Of a stretch of DNA of 64,000 nucleotides, positions 40,196 through 49,739 are shown in pieces (position 1 is the first letter of the stretch; each line of letters begins with the position of its first letter). The stretch is taken from IMG/VR virus record IMGVR_UViG_3300012665_000356, positions 1 to 64,000 of that record. The stretch is one strand, 5' to 3'. Position numbers and translations under genes: made by a program. Source of the DNA: a virus. The notes beneath the pieces were generated by a model. That model saw only the letters and a program-made list of their open reading frames with translations. It searched no databases and was not told where the DNA came from.

Positions 40196-41094
40196 AAACA
40201 ACAGATTTAGATTTAATTTTTATCAGTTACGATGAACCCAACGCAGACATCAACTTTGCTGATTTGGAAAAAATAGCTCCTTGGGCAAAACGTGTACACG
40301 GTGTTAAAGGCAGCGACCACGCACATAAAGCAGCAGCTGAATTGTCCTCGACTGAATGGTTCATCACTGTTGACGGCGATAACAAAGTTGATCCTAAATT
40401 TTTTAATATTGAAATAGAAAATCTTCCAGGTATTAATGTCTACAGTTGGTGCGGAAAAAATTCTATTAACGGGTTAAGATACGGCAACGGTGGACTAAAG
40501 ATTTGGAACAAACAATTTGTTTTAGATATGAAAACTCACGAAGCTGCTGACAGTGAAAACGCACAAGTTGACTTTTGTTGGGAAAATGGGTATATGAATT
40601 TTCCAACAGTATTCAGCGAAACAATAATTAACTCTAATCCATTTCAAGCATGGAGAGCAGGATTTCGTGAAGGTGTTAAGATGCTGCTCAAAGACGGAGT
40701 TAAAATAGAAAAGTCTAAAATAAAAACAGAGGTATACTGGCATAACTTACATCGTTTGCGTATGTGGAGTTGTATTGGCGCACATGTTCCTAACGGAAAC
40801 TACGCAATACTAGGAGCCAGGATGGGCAGTTGGATGACCTATTGCACAGATTGGAATTATATTGATGTTAGAGATTTTGATGTTCTTAAAAACATCTACA
40901 ATGCTAATGTCACACATGACCAAATAGAAAAAGATATACAAGAATTATCAGTTACATTAAGAAACGAACTTGGATTAAATTGGGCCAACTTTGATGCTAA
41001 ACAAAGTGAATACATTTGTGAAATGTATGAAGAATCTATAGCATTAGGCCAAACATATTACAACAAGGCACCAATATGGAAAAGTTTTTCTTAA
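40192..41094 (+). CDS. Glycosyltransferase-like protein, GT-A fold
   Basis: IFISYDEPNA, FITVDGDN (DxD), NGLRYGNGGLKIW, PFQAWRAGFREGVK. Confidence 0.7.
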   Translation: MKTTDLDLIFISYDEPNADINFADLEKIAPWAKRVHGVKGSDHAHKAAAELSSTEWFITVDGDNKVDPKFFNIEIENLPGINVYSWCGKNSINGLRYGNGGLKIWNKQFVLDMKTHEAADSENAQVDFCWENGYMNFPTVFSETIINSNPFQAWRAGFREGVKMLLKDGVKIEKSKIKTEVYWHNLHRLRMWSCIGAHVPNGNYAILGARMGSWMTYCTDWNYIDVRDFDVLKNIYNANVTHDQIEKDIQELSVTLRNELGLNWANFDAKQSEYICEMYEESIALGQTYYNKAPIWKSFS

Positions 41095-41756
41095 GTTACG
41101 ACGATCCTAATCTAGTAGAAAATTTATCTAAAGCTAGAGTATTCATGCCGGATATTATTCAAGTAAACACAAAACAATCTATAGCAGCAAGCCATCAGTC
41201 CTGTGGAAAACAATCTTTAACTAGTCAATTTATGGTTGTAGATGCTGACGCATATTTGTTAGATAATTTTAATTTAGTAGAAATTTATAATATATGTAAA
41301 GACCCAAATTGGGTTTATATTTTTTCTGCGATTAATCCAGTTAATGATCTTGAATATGGGCATGGAGGAATAAAAATTTTTCAACGTAAATTTTTTGAAA
41401 ATAACAACGTAGTAGATTTTTCTACAAGTTTTTTAGGAAAAATACGCACTGTAAAAAAGACTTTAAATATTCATCGTTTTAATACAGATCCGTTCCATGC
41501 TTGGAGAACAGCATTTCGAGAATGTGTTAAACTAAGTTCGTCGACTATTGTTAATGGCAATAGTATAGACAACGAATATAGATTAACGACTTGGTGCGAA
41601 AAAATTAACAATGTTGAAAACGCAGAATACGTAAAAATTGGCGCACTACAAGGCAGAGATTACGGAAATAGTAATAAAAATCGTCCTGAAGAAATACAAA
41701 AAATAAATGACTTTACATGGTTAAAAAAATCTTATGAACAAGTGGTACAACGATAG
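41076..41756 (+). CDS. Glycosyltransferase-like protein, tandem paralog of 40192-41094
   Basis: FFLSYDDPN, FMVVDADA, NDLEYGHGGIKIF, PFHAWRTAFRECVK align with the upstream protein. Confidence 0.7.
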   Translation: MEKFFLSYDDPNLVENLSKARVFMPDIIQVNTKQSIAASHQSCGKQSLTSQFMVVDADAYLLDNFNLVEIYNICKDPNWVYIFSAINPVNDLEYGHGGIKIFQRKFFENNNVVDFSTSFLGKIRTVKKTLNIHRFNTDPFHAWRTAFRECVKLSSSTIVNGNSIDNEYRLTTWCEKINNVENAEYVKIGALQGRDYGNSNKNRPEEIQKINDFTWLKKSYEQVVQR

Positions 41757-43137
41757 ACTTGAATACAAGCAAGACCTAGACAAAATAGGACACGGGTTCT
41801 GTACGGCTAAATGGTCACAAGTCACTGTTCATCTTGGTTCTGGACACAATCATAGCTGTCATCATCCTAGAACGCATTTTATTCCTATACATGAAATAGT
41901 AGAAAATCCTAGTGCTCTACATAACACTAAATTTAAAAAGAATATTCGAAAACAAATGCTTAATGGCGAACGGCCAATTGAGTGCGATTATTGTTGGAAA
42001 GTAGAAGATGCTGGTGAGCCTCTTAGTGATAGAATATTAAAAAGTTATGAACCATGGAGTCGTGATTATTTTGACCGTTTTATAAAAGCCGGAGCAGACG
42101 ATAATGTTGACCCTACATATTTAGAAGTTAGTTTTTCAAATGTTTGTAATTTTAAATGTTCGTACTGTTCGCCCGATGTTAGCAGTCAATGGATGGAAGA
42201 AATTAAACAGCACGGCCCGTACCCTACCTCTATACGATATAACAACATAGACTGGATTGAGCAACAGGATAAAATGCCTATTCCTGAGCGTGAGTATAAT
42301 CCTTACGTAGAAGCATTCTGGAAATGGTGGCCAGATTTATATAAAAATTTACATACATTTCGAATCACCGGCGGAGAACCTTTATTAAGTAAACACACGT
42401 TTCGAGTTCTAGATTATATAATTGAAAACCCTAATAAAAATTTAGAACTTGGAATAAACAGTAACTTCTGTGTGCCCGACGAAGTGTTTGAAAAATTTCT
42501 ATCTAAATTAGAAATTATTCAAGAAAGGCGACTAGTAAAACATTTGGTAATTTATACCAGTTGTGAAGCTGCTGGTACTAAGGCAGAGTATATTCGTCAC
42601 GGTCTTAGTTATGCTAAATGGTTTTCAAACTGTAATATGTTTTTAGACAGAGTTCCTAATGCCAAGTTAGGAATTATGAGTACATATAATGCGCTATCAG
42701 TAACTAGTTATACTGAGTTCTTAAAAGATATGTGGTTATTAAATTATACGCATAAGAAAAAGAAATGGTATCAGTCAGTGGCTAATTTATTTGTGTCTGG
42801 AAATTTAGGACAGCATCCTTTAATACTAGATATACCATATCTTAATAACCCCCCGCATCAAACTGTAGGCATTCTTACTGCTGATTATATTCCACAAATT
42901 CAATCTTCAATTGATTATATGAATGCTAATAAAGAGTTTTATAAATCCGAAACTCAAAAATTAGAAAGATTGTTAAAAGTATTTGAACCAAAAATACTTG
43001 ATACTAACATAGATAAAATTCGACACAGGAAAGATTTTGCTTTATTTGTCGATGAACACGATAAGAGACGAGGAACGAACTTTTTAAGTACGTTCCCCGA
43101 AATGACAGAGTTTTATAATTTATGTAAAAGTTACTGA
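41734..43137 (+). CDS. Radical SAM protein with an N-terminal Twitch/SPASM-like Cys cluster
   Basis: CNFKCSYC (CX3CX2C), TGGEP; N-terminal CTAKW...SCHH...ECDYCW. Confidence 0.85.
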   Translation: MNKWYNDRLEYKQDLDKIGHGFCTAKWSQVTVHLGSGHNHSCHHPRTHFIPIHEIVENPSALHNTKFKKNIRKQMLNGERPIECDYCWKVEDAGEPLSDRILKSYEPWSRDYFDRFIKAGADDNVDPTYLEVSFSNVCNFKCSYCSPDVSSQWMEEIKQHGPYPTSIRYNNIDWIEQQDKMPIPEREYNPYVEAFWKWWPDLYKNLHTFRITGGEPLLSKHTFRVLDYIIENPNKNLELGINSNFCVPDEVFEKFLSKLEIIQERRLVKHLVIYTSCEAAGTKAEYIRHGLSYAKWFSNCNMFLDRVPNAKLGIMSTYNALSVTSYTEFLKDMWLLNYTHKKKKWYQSVANLFVSGNLGQHPLILDIPYLNNPPHQTVGILTADYIPQIQSSIDYMNANKEFYKSETQKLERLLKVFEPKILDTNIDKIRHRKDFALFVDEHDKRRGTNFLSTFPEMTEFYNLCKSY

Positions 43138-43799
43138 GTAACGAAATCAGTAGTCATTGGAAATATCTCAGCAATGACTTTAGCACAGGCCTTCGCAACT
43201 TCTTGGTGTTCTAATTGTGTGCCATTTGCGCTACGTAATTCGATAAAGTGTATCCATGAACGTAGTGTGCCATTCATATATAATCGACTTTCTGTAAGAC
43301 CTTCTGGTAGAACAGCACGAGCTTGTTCTTTGGCTATGCCCTTAGCGATAGCCCATTGATAGGCACTTCGAGCATAGTCAATGACCTGCTGTTGTTGATG
43401 TTGCCAATCTCGCTGTAGGCGTTCATCATCCGTTTGGATACTATTCTGTCTGTTTTTTGTGTCTTGAAGTCTGGCTTCTCTTGTAACGAACGCCAAATCT
43501 TGAGTTGGGTCAGCATAGCGTTGACTGAATTCTTGGAAACTAAAACTTCTGTGTCGCAAGATTTGTCTAGCAATGTCTCTGGTTGTAGTGATTTCGATAC
43601 AGGCGGAGACCATTTCGAGTGGGCTCCAGTGTTGGTGTTTGACCAAGTATCTGATGAGTTTTTCTGATGTCTCGGTGTTAAGTTGGTTTGCGGGATTGGA
43701 GACACGGGCGCAATACGCAATGAGTTCCTGCGCATCTGCGATACCCATGTCTCTAAATTCGCCTGTTGGTTGAGAATATGATAAAAGTTTAACATTCAT
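43131..43799 (-). CDS. thyX: Flavin-dependent thymidylate synthase ThyX
   Basis: ARVS, HWSPLE, QILRHRSFSFQEFSQRY (RHRx7S), EQARAVLP. Confidence 0.95.
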   Translation of the reverse strand: MNVKLLSYSQPTGEFRDMGIADAQELIAYCARVSNPANQLNTETSEKLIRYLVKHQHWSPLEMVSACIEITTTRDIARQILRHRSFSFQEFSQRYADPTQDLAFVTREARLQDTKNRQNSIQTDDERLQRDWQHQQQQVIDYARSAYQWAIAKGIAKEQARAVLPEGLTESRLYMNGTLRSWIHFIELRSANGTQLEHQEVAKACAKVIAEIFPMTTDFVTQ

Positions 43800-43802
43800 A
43801 AA

Positions 43803-44111
43803 TCACTCAAGTAAACCTTTCGTTGAATTAATAACATCATTTTTTAATCTTTCTACATCTACTTGAAAATTAATTGTTTGAATATCTTCTTGATAATCTT
43901 TTAAAGCAACCATTAATTTTTCTACAATTTCGTCTTCATTGTTAAATTCTAGTTGTTCGCCAAGATCAATTGCCCATATTCTACCGTTAGTAAAAGAAAT
44001 TTCTACACCATGGATGTATTTGATTGGCATAGAATTCATGTAGATGTCTTCAAATATCTCCGGCCATTCTTTTATGACATCCTTCGGAGGTTTGACAGAT
44101 TTTTTAGGCAC
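43803..44111 (-). CDS. Hypothetical protein
   Basis: 102-aa ORF packed tightly in the minus-strand operon. Confidence 0.65.
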   Translation of the reverse strand: MPKKSVKPPKDVIKEWPEIFEDIYMNSMPIKYIHGVEISFTNGRIWAIDLGEQLEFNNEDEIVEKLMVALKDYQEDIQTINFQVDVERLKNDVINSTKGLLE

Positions 44112-44715
44112 CTACTTCTTCTTTACTTTTAGTAGTTTTCTTTTGCGGAGGATCTAAATCGTCTGCTTGTTTACGAAGTTTTGCTGCTTCTTTATACATA
44201 GCATCTGCTTGGCTTCTGTAACTTCTAGCTAGATCTTTATCACTTAGTGGATCATTGCTAGATGATACTGTTGCTGGCACTTCTTGTATTTTAGCAGCCT
44301 CTCTAGGTTTTTCTGTTGCGCCTGGTTCTTTAACAGCTAGTTCATCAAGGCTAAGACCTCTTTGTTCTGCGATCAATTTGTTTAGTTCGTCTAATGAAAT
44401 TGAGTCAGTAGTAGTTGGGGTCATTTCTACATCTTTAGTTGCGACTTTAACAAGTCTACCTTCTTGATGTAACGCTGCTAACATTGGTCTTCCGTCTGGA
44501 AAATAACGTGATGATAATATTTCGCCAAATTCGTAGCAATCTTGTGCTTGTTGGCTATCTACTAAATTAATAATAGCATTATGTTGATCATCGTTAAGTT
44601 GGGAAGTTCCTACTACTAATGCGCTGTGCGGATCGTCAGGAAGTGTACGAAAAGCAACAAGTACTTTAGCCTTATTATTTTTCATTCTTCCTACGTGTTT
44701 TAGGTTAGTTGCCAT
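44104..44715 (-). CDS. Hypothetical protein
   Basis: 203-aa ORF with SD AGGA and a charged C-terminus. Confidence 0.7.
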   Translation of the reverse strand: MATNLKHVGRMKNNKAKVLVAFRTLPDDPHSALVVGTSQLNDDQHNAIINLVDSQQAQDCYEFGEILSSRYFPDGRPMLAALHQEGRLVKVATKDVEMTPTTTDSISLDELNKLIAEQRGLSLDELAVKEPGATEKPREAAKIQEVPATVSSSNDPLSDKDLARSYRSQADAMYKEAAKLRKQADDLDPPQKKTTKSKEEVGA

Positions 44716-44719
44716 GATC

Positions 44720-44959
44720 TTATCCTTGTTTTGGTGGCTGAGCAGGTTGCTGTGGAGGTGTTACACTCTCCAAGAACGTATTCAACCGGTTATAGACCTT
44801 ACCAATGGATTCCATCTCACTTGCTTTGAACGCACCTCTAGTAGTTGCTACATCTAAAATGGTTCTCAATGCGTTGAGATCATTGATGGTCAATTCTGGT
44901 GTCTGCGGCGCTGCTGTTTCTGCTGGAGCTGCCTCAGGCTTCTTTGCTTCATCTGTCAT
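44720..44959 (-). CDS. Hypothetical protein
   Basis: 79 aa, SD AAGGAG; LTINDL..LR.ILDVA..RGAF helical motif. Confidence 0.7.
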   Translation of the reverse strand: MTDEAKKPEAAPAETAAPQTPELTINDLNALRTILDVATTRGAFKASEMESIGKVYNRLNTFLESVTPPQQPAQPPKQG

Positions 44960-45220
44960 TTATTGACTCCTTATTTGTGTACATGCTAGCATAAAATATG
45001 TGAGTTCTTTTTCTTCTTCAAAGCCCACAAAAGTAAACATTCCAGTGCTTTCTGGTTTGTTAACTAAACAGTATCTACCCTTCAATTTATATTTTATCCA
45101 ATCTTCAATTTCTTGATTTAAAAATAGGCTATCAGCACTTAATTTAATTTTAGAAAAATGAGGAGGCATCCATTTTAATGCTCGCTTGTTTAAAACATCT
45201 AACGGGTTGATATCCATCAT
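44960..45220 (-). CDS. Hypothetical protein
   Basis: 86 aa; TAAATA box at 45225-45230 just upstream. Confidence 0.65.
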   Translation of the reverse strand: MMDINPLDVLNKRALKWMPPHFSKIKLSADSLFLNQEIEDWIKYKLKGRYCLVNKPESTGMFTFVGFEEEKELTYFMLACTQIRSQ

Positions 45221-45252
45221 GATATATTTACAGTGTGTTTTTTAAAGGGTGA

Positions 45253-45642
45253 TTAATCTTGGCTCATGCGTTTTGATAGTGCTTTATTGTAGCCCATTTT
45301 TTGAACATCACCAGAAAATAGATACAATTCAAACGCAGTTCTTTCGGATATTACTGTTATGTCTTTCTTAGTAATATAATATGGGGTTTCAATAAATTTG
45401 TCGAGCCACACAAGTATTTGTGGAGTTATTGTAAATTGCCCTGGAAATTTTATGTTGTAGGTTTTTAGTTTGGATTGATTTTGAACAAAGTCAATTCCTT
45501 GTTCTGTAAGACGTAACCCGCCACCGTTTTTTTGTCTAACATTGTACCACCACTCTGCTCGTTTACTATCTATTAACTGGTCTGTTGGATCAATGTCTGC
45601 TGCGGATAAAAATGTTTTTGTGTATGTATCTTTGTTGTTCAT
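45253..45642 (-). CDS. Hypothetical protein
   Basis: 129 aa; GGLRLTEQG motif; ATGA coupling. Confidence 0.65.
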   Translation of the reverse strand: MNNKDTYTKTFLSAADIDPTDQLIDSKRAEWWYNVRQKNGGGLRLTEQGIDFVQNQSKLKTYNIKFPGQFTITPQILVWLDKFIETPYYITKKDITVISERTAFELYLFSGDVQKMGYNKALSKRMSQD

Positions 45643-45941
45643 TGTCTACCAATAACTTCGCCTTGTGTCAGTTTGACAACTTCGAAGTCAGTGGTCTTAA
45701 ACATCTTGTTCATCTTCTTAGCAAGATTATGAGCATGACCAGGATTTGAAAAACTTACTTTTTTATATTTAGGTCCGGGATAACTGAGTATCAAACTTCC
45801 GCTTTTGAGATTAAAAGGAGCCCCTTTGTAAAATACTGCCCAAATGGCTTCCGACTCTAACACTTGCTCAACCTTATGGTTTTCTTTGTTAGCATGTTCA
45901 AGTAATACTTTAGGTTTTGGTCTGCTCATTAATGTTCTCAA
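45639..45941 (-). CDS. Hypothetical protein
   Basis: MSRPKPKVLLE...YPGPKYKKVSFSNPGHA; TAAATA box at 45958-45963 upstream. Confidence 0.7.
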   Translation of the reverse strand: MRTLMSRPKPKVLLEHANKENHKVEQVLESEAIWAVFYKGAPFNLKSGSLILSYPGPKYKKVSFSNPGHAHNLAKKMNKMFKTTDFEVVKLTQGEVIGRQ

Positions 45942-45968
45942 CTATAATACACGCATATATTTATCTTC

Positions 45969-46217
45969 TTAAAAAGTTCCCCCATCCATTGCTACGTTTA
46001 TTTCCTGGGTCTGTATAGTCAATTTGTCCAATTTGCCATTAATTTCGTCGATAGTTTTACCTAATTTTGAAGTAATTAAGGCTAAGTCAGTAATTAACTC
46101 TTTGGCTTCTTGTAAAGTTATGCGTATTTCTTTTTGATTAGTTTTTTCAGCAGTTGCTACTCGTTGTATAATTCTTTCAACGCTGCCGAGTCTTTCTGGT
46201 ATATTATTTTGAGACAT
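45969..46217 (-). CDS. Hypothetical coiled-coil protein
   Basis: Start reassigned to ATG 46217 (MSQNN) to reduce overlap; ends MDGGTF. Confidence 0.6.
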   Translation of the reverse strand: MSQNNIPERLGSVERIIQRVATAEKTNQKEIRITLQEAKELITDLALITSKLGKTIDEINGKLDKLTIQTQEINVAMDGGTF

Positions 46218-46680
46218 GTGAAAGTACCTGACGCATTTCAATTTCGGTCTTAAAAGGACCACGATATTCGTATCGTTGTAATGTGATTAATTTAGGACAA
46301 AAACTTTTAACCCAACCTTTTTCAAATTTAATTGTGTAATAACCTGCGCAGTATAAACTTTTTGAATCACCACTTTTTGTAAACAGTGGTAGTTTGCGTT
46401 TTATATCAAACATTGCGTTATGCGGAATAGTGCTAGTTGGAAAGTCGTGAACTTCTAATTCCTCAGCATCTCTTTTTTCTCTAACAATTTTTGCTATAAA
46501 AAAGTCTTTGCCAAATTGTCTAGTTAGGCTTTCTTTGTTTGGATAGATTTTAATTCCGGCTTCGTTGCTAAGAACGAACCTCTCGTCTTCGTCTTTTCTT
46601 AAAGTAGCAAATCGATTTCCATCTTTTTCAACAATCCAAAACTTGTCGTCGATGATTGGTTTAGCGTGTAAGTCTGTCAT
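46204..46680 (-). CDS. Hypothetical protein
   Basis: 158 aa; ATGA coupled to the RNase H gene. Confidence 0.7.
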   Translation of the reverse strand: MTDLHAKPIIDDKFWIVEKDGNRFATLRKDEDERFVLSNEAGIKIYPNKESLTRQFGKDFFIAKIVREKRDAEELEVHDFPTSTIPHNAMFDIKRKLPLFTKSGDSKSLYCAGYYTIKFEKGWVKSFCPKLITLQRYEYRGPFKTEIEMRQVLSHVSK

Positions 46681-47663
46681 AGTGTGTACCTCGCATTAAG
46701 TGGTTCTGCGTATGATTGTGCTTGATCTGCTATTTTTTTAAGATCAAACAAATTACAAAATTTCATAAGTCTTATTCCTACTTGACTTATATCTTTGTTA
46801 GCTGTTGTTGATGTATTAATAGTTTCATTAATAATTGCTCGAATATCTTCGGGCTGTTGTGTAAGATCGATTAACTGTCGATTGCGGTTATAGTCTTCTA
46901 ACACACGATGTTCTTGACCTTCGTGGTCAGTCCATCTCTGAAGCATGAGATTGTTCCACGCATATCCTTTGCTTTTACGATCTTCGAACGCTTCAGTAAG
47001 ACCCACTTTTTTGCTTGTGCCTTTAGTACGCACACCCGGATACGCTGAGAAGACATTATCACTGGTATCACCACGCATACATTTTTCAAACAAGAGCCAT
47101 TCTGGATTGGGCGCAGTTTTTTCCTCACCGGTTTTTTTATCTTTGATGCGTTTTCCTTTTTCATCAAAGTATCCTTCGTGTGTAATAGTTGTTTCACTAA
47201 CACCGTTATATTGTTTTACATTTGGTGCTATTAACTGTTCAAAATCTGTGTCTGTTGAGATAATTACATGACTATCATGCGGATGACTTTGAATCCATCC
47301 AGCAATCAAATCATCAGCTTCTAATTGCGAATGCTGTAACACTGTACAGTTAGTTTTATCTTTGATAAAGTCTTTAAAGGTGTCAAATGCTTCCCAAAAC
47401 AATTTATCTTCTTCTTGTTCTGTGGCCGTTAACGCAGCACGAGCATCTGAACGATTGCGTTTATAAGGGGCATAATAGTCTTTGCGCCACGAGCGACCTT
47501 CTAGGCAAAAGACCACATGTTTGCCCTCAAAATCTTTCCATGCTTTGCGTATTGAATTTAGAGTTATATGAAATGCCATGCCAATTTTAATATCGGCATC
47601 GCCACGTATAACGTGCCTAGCACGAAAAAATGTATTAGCAGTATCTACTAAAATGTAACTCAT
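46677..47663 (-). CDS. rnh: T4 RNase H-like 5'-3' exonuclease/flap endonuclease
   Basis: ILVDTAN, SWRK..Y..YK..R, LEADDLIA, ISTDTDF, GDTSDNV acidic active-site motifs. Confidence 0.9.
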   Translation of the reverse strand: MSYILVDTANTFFRARHVIRGDADIKIGMAFHITLNSIRKAWKDFEGKHVVFCLEGRSWRKDYYAPYKRNRSDARAALTATEQEEDKLFWEAFDTFKDFIKDKTNCTVLQHSQLEADDLIAGWIQSHPHDSHVIISTDTDFEQLIAPNVKQYNGVSETTITHEGYFDEKGKRIKDKKTGEEKTAPNPEWLLFEKCMRGDTSDNVFSAYPGVRTKGTSKKVGLTEAFEDRKSKGYAWNNLMLQRWTDHEGQEHRVLEDYNRNRQLIDLTQQPEDIRAIINETINTSTTANKDISQVGIRLMKFCNLFDLKKIADQAQSYAEPLNARYTL

Positions 47664-48094
47664 GAAACTTCGCTCTTTCCTTTAGCTAGGGGTGTTACAT
47701 TAATAAAACCTGAGCCAACTCTTTCTGGCTCGGCTATGCCTTCTTCTGTTAGCATATTTCTAACAATATCTCGGAACCAGCGATCTACAATTTCTTCTTC
47801 TGGATCACCTTCAAAGCCGTATCCTTCTTGTTTTAATTTTAACACAAAAAGTTCGTTCCAGTCAAGTTCAAAAAACCCGTTGCGAATATTGTCTTTGTTA
47901 ACATGTGTATCTAACACAGCAATATATGGTTCGCCTTTTTTAGTAGCACGTTCCTTGGGCGTAAGTTTTGCTAATTCGGCTTCTTCTTGAGCACGAACAG
48001 TTTCTGCTACAGCTTTATCTCTCGCTGCTTGTAGTTCTTCTTTTTCTGCTTCTAACTTGTCAAGTCCTAAAAGTTTTTTAATAACTTTTTTCAT
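47660..48094 (-). CDS. Hypothetical protein
   Basis: Start at 48094 (TAATG coupling with queE); NGFFELDWN..F motif. Confidence 0.7.
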   Translation of the reverse strand: MKKVIKKLLGLDKLEAEKEELQAARDKAVAETVRAQEEAELAKLTPKERATKKGEPYIAVLDTHVNKDNIRNGFFELDWNELFVLKLKQEGYGFEGDPEEEIVDRWFRDIVRNMLTEEGIAEPERVGSGFINVTPLAKGKSEVS

Positions 48095-48957
48095 TAAGTT
48101 CCCCATTCATTTTTAAATAACGGCACTTGTAATCTATCACTGTATCGCAATCCGTTCTTCATTGCTAAATCTGCTACTGTTCGGTTGTTTAGTGTGTATA
48201 CACTTTCTACACCGCCAACTGGCATCAAATAGATATGCCCTGTAAAACCTGCCGCACGATATGCGCCAATAGCACACTCTGCGTCTTTAAAATCTTGTTC
48301 TGTGGCAATAACAAACTTCAAATATGCTGTACCAAAATTTTCGTATTCACAGACCACTTCTGGTAGAATTGCTTCTTCCCACTTCTCGCCACTACATGGA
48401 AGTTTAGCACTTACACTGAATGTAACTTCTCTAGCAAAATCCATATTAGGCATTTGCCATTGTATTAGATATTCTTTAAATTCTTCAGTTAGTTTTTGAG
48501 TACCATTTGTTTCAAATGTAATCTCTTTTAGGCCTGCCATCTTAGGATGATTGAGTAAGTCTGGATAAGCACGTTGCCAACCTAACAATGGCTCACCGCC
48601 TGTAATAACAAGATGAGCATCACCCCAATGGTTACCGGGAAGAATTTCCATTGTACGTTCTACAATAGCATCGCTTGTAAGCATTGGCGATAAGTCTTTA
48701 AACGCAGGATGCCAACTAGCATAGCTATCACAACCCGTACTAACTAATGGTAAGTCTTCATACTTTTGAAAAGACTCAATCATTGTATGTGTTGCTGCGA
48801 TGTCAGTAGCTTCGTGACTCATTTCGCCACGTGGCATACCAAAGCCAGCACACTTGAAGTTACAGCCAAATGTACGTAAGAAAACAGAAGGCACACCCAT
48901 ATAGCGGCCTTCACCTTGTATGCTGTAAAACAGCTCTGCTATTTTAATTTTACTCAT
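48094..48957 (-). CDS. queE: 7-carboxy-7-deazaguanine synthase QueE (radical SAM)
   Basis: ELFYSIQGEG...PSVFLRTFGCNFKC...GCDS, VITGGEPLL, FETNGT, SVSAKL, LKFVI, YLMP, RLQV; folE and dpdA in the same cluster. Confidence 0.9.
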   Translation of the reverse strand: MSKIKIAELFYSIQGEGRYMGVPSVFLRTFGCNFKCAGFGMPRGEMSHEATDIAATHTMIESFQKYEDLPLVSTGCDSYASWHPAFKDLSPMLTSDAIVERTMEILPGNHWGDAHLVITGGEPLLGWQRAYPDLLNHPKMAGLKEITFETNGTQKLTEEFKEYLIQWQMPNMDFAREVTFSVSAKLPCSGEKWEEAILPEVVCEYENFGTAYLKFVIATEQDFKDAECAIGAYRAAGFTGHIYLMPVGGVESVYTLNNRTVADLAMKNGLRYSDRLQVPLFKNEWGT

Positions 48958-48962
48958 AGTTT

Positions 48963-48992
48963 ATTATACACTCTTTTTAGTAGTTTTGTCAA
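48963..48992 (-). promoter_or_regulatory. Sigma70 consensus promoter directly before queE
   Basis: TTGACA (48992-48987), 18 bp, TATAAT (48968-48963); ATG 5 nt downstream of the -10 box. Confidence 0.75.
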
Positions 48993-49146
48993 CTTTTTTA
49001 AGTTGCCAACTGCCATCTTTGCGATCAATCCATTCTAGAGTATCGCCTTCCTTCCAACCAGCTTCTTCTAAAAGTTCTGGAGGAAAGGTTAAAATGGCAT
49101 CTCCGTTTTCAGGATCTTCTTCTACAGTTAAAGTCCAAGATTTCAT
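48964..49146 (-). CDS. AbrB/MazE/SpoVT-like small DNA-binding protein
   Basis: ILTFPPELLEEAGWKEGDTLEW swapped-hairpin pattern. Confidence 0.7.
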   Translation of the reverse strand: MKSWTLTVEEDPENGDAILTFPPELLEEAGWKEGDTLEWIDRKDGSWQLKKVDKTTKKSV

Positions 49147-49739
49147 TTAATTGCCTTTAATTTTTTAGATACAGTGTTATACACGTATTGATTTCCTCTA
49201 TCGGAATAGTGATTTACTTTTCCTCGATTCCTTGGCCAAAATGTTGAAAACTCTAAATGTTCTTTTTCAAATTTAAATGGCAAACTTGATATAGAATGAT
49301 CTATGGCAAGATAGGGAACAGTAATTAATGATTCAATTTGTTTACGCATCAATTTGTAAATATCTTCTTGAAACGTTTCGTCGTAATGATATTTGAACCA
49401 ATTCAATGCGGTAACTAAACTTTGATTATTGTCATCTCTGTTATGATCTAGATCATTAAAAATAAGATCGCAATCTTTATGTAGTCCTGTTCTTTCTAAC
49501 GGATGTAGTGGAGTATGTATTCGAAAAGGACTAGTATGACATACAATTACTAAATCATACTCATTAGGATTATTTTTTTCAATTTGTTTTAAAATTTTGT
49601 ATTCGCTTATGCCTGCTTGCGCAACATTTTTAACTTCAAATTCTTTAGACAGCATATTTGGCCAGCCAGGAGTATCGCTGTTCCAATCCGCAGCAAAACT
49701 ATCGCCTGCTAACAGTATTCTTAACTTTGTTTCAGCCAT
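49143..49739 (-). CDS. SGNH/GDSL-like hydrolase or acyltransferase
   Basis: LLAGDSF, NVAQAGIS, C-terminal VNHYS..GN. Confidence 0.65.
   Translation of the reverse strand: MAETKLRILLAGDSFAADWNSDTPGWPNMLSKEFEVKNVAQAGISEYKILKQIEKNNPNEYDLVIVCHTSPFRIHTPLHPLERTGLHKDCDLIFNDLDHNRDDNNQSLVTALNWFKYHYDETFQEDIYKLMRKQIESLITVPYLAIDHSISSLPFKFEKEHLEFSTFWPRNRGKVNHYSDRGNQYVYNTVSKKLKAIK

Noticed and set aside
43334-43795. 153-aa alternate-frame ORF overlapping thyX
   Set aside because: Entirely within thyX, whose frame carries all the conserved motifs; no independent evidence
48094-48957. NrdG anaerobic RNR activase
   Set aside because: SIQGEG, ETNGT and RLQ motifs and the folE/dpdA context indicate QueE; no nrdD in the window
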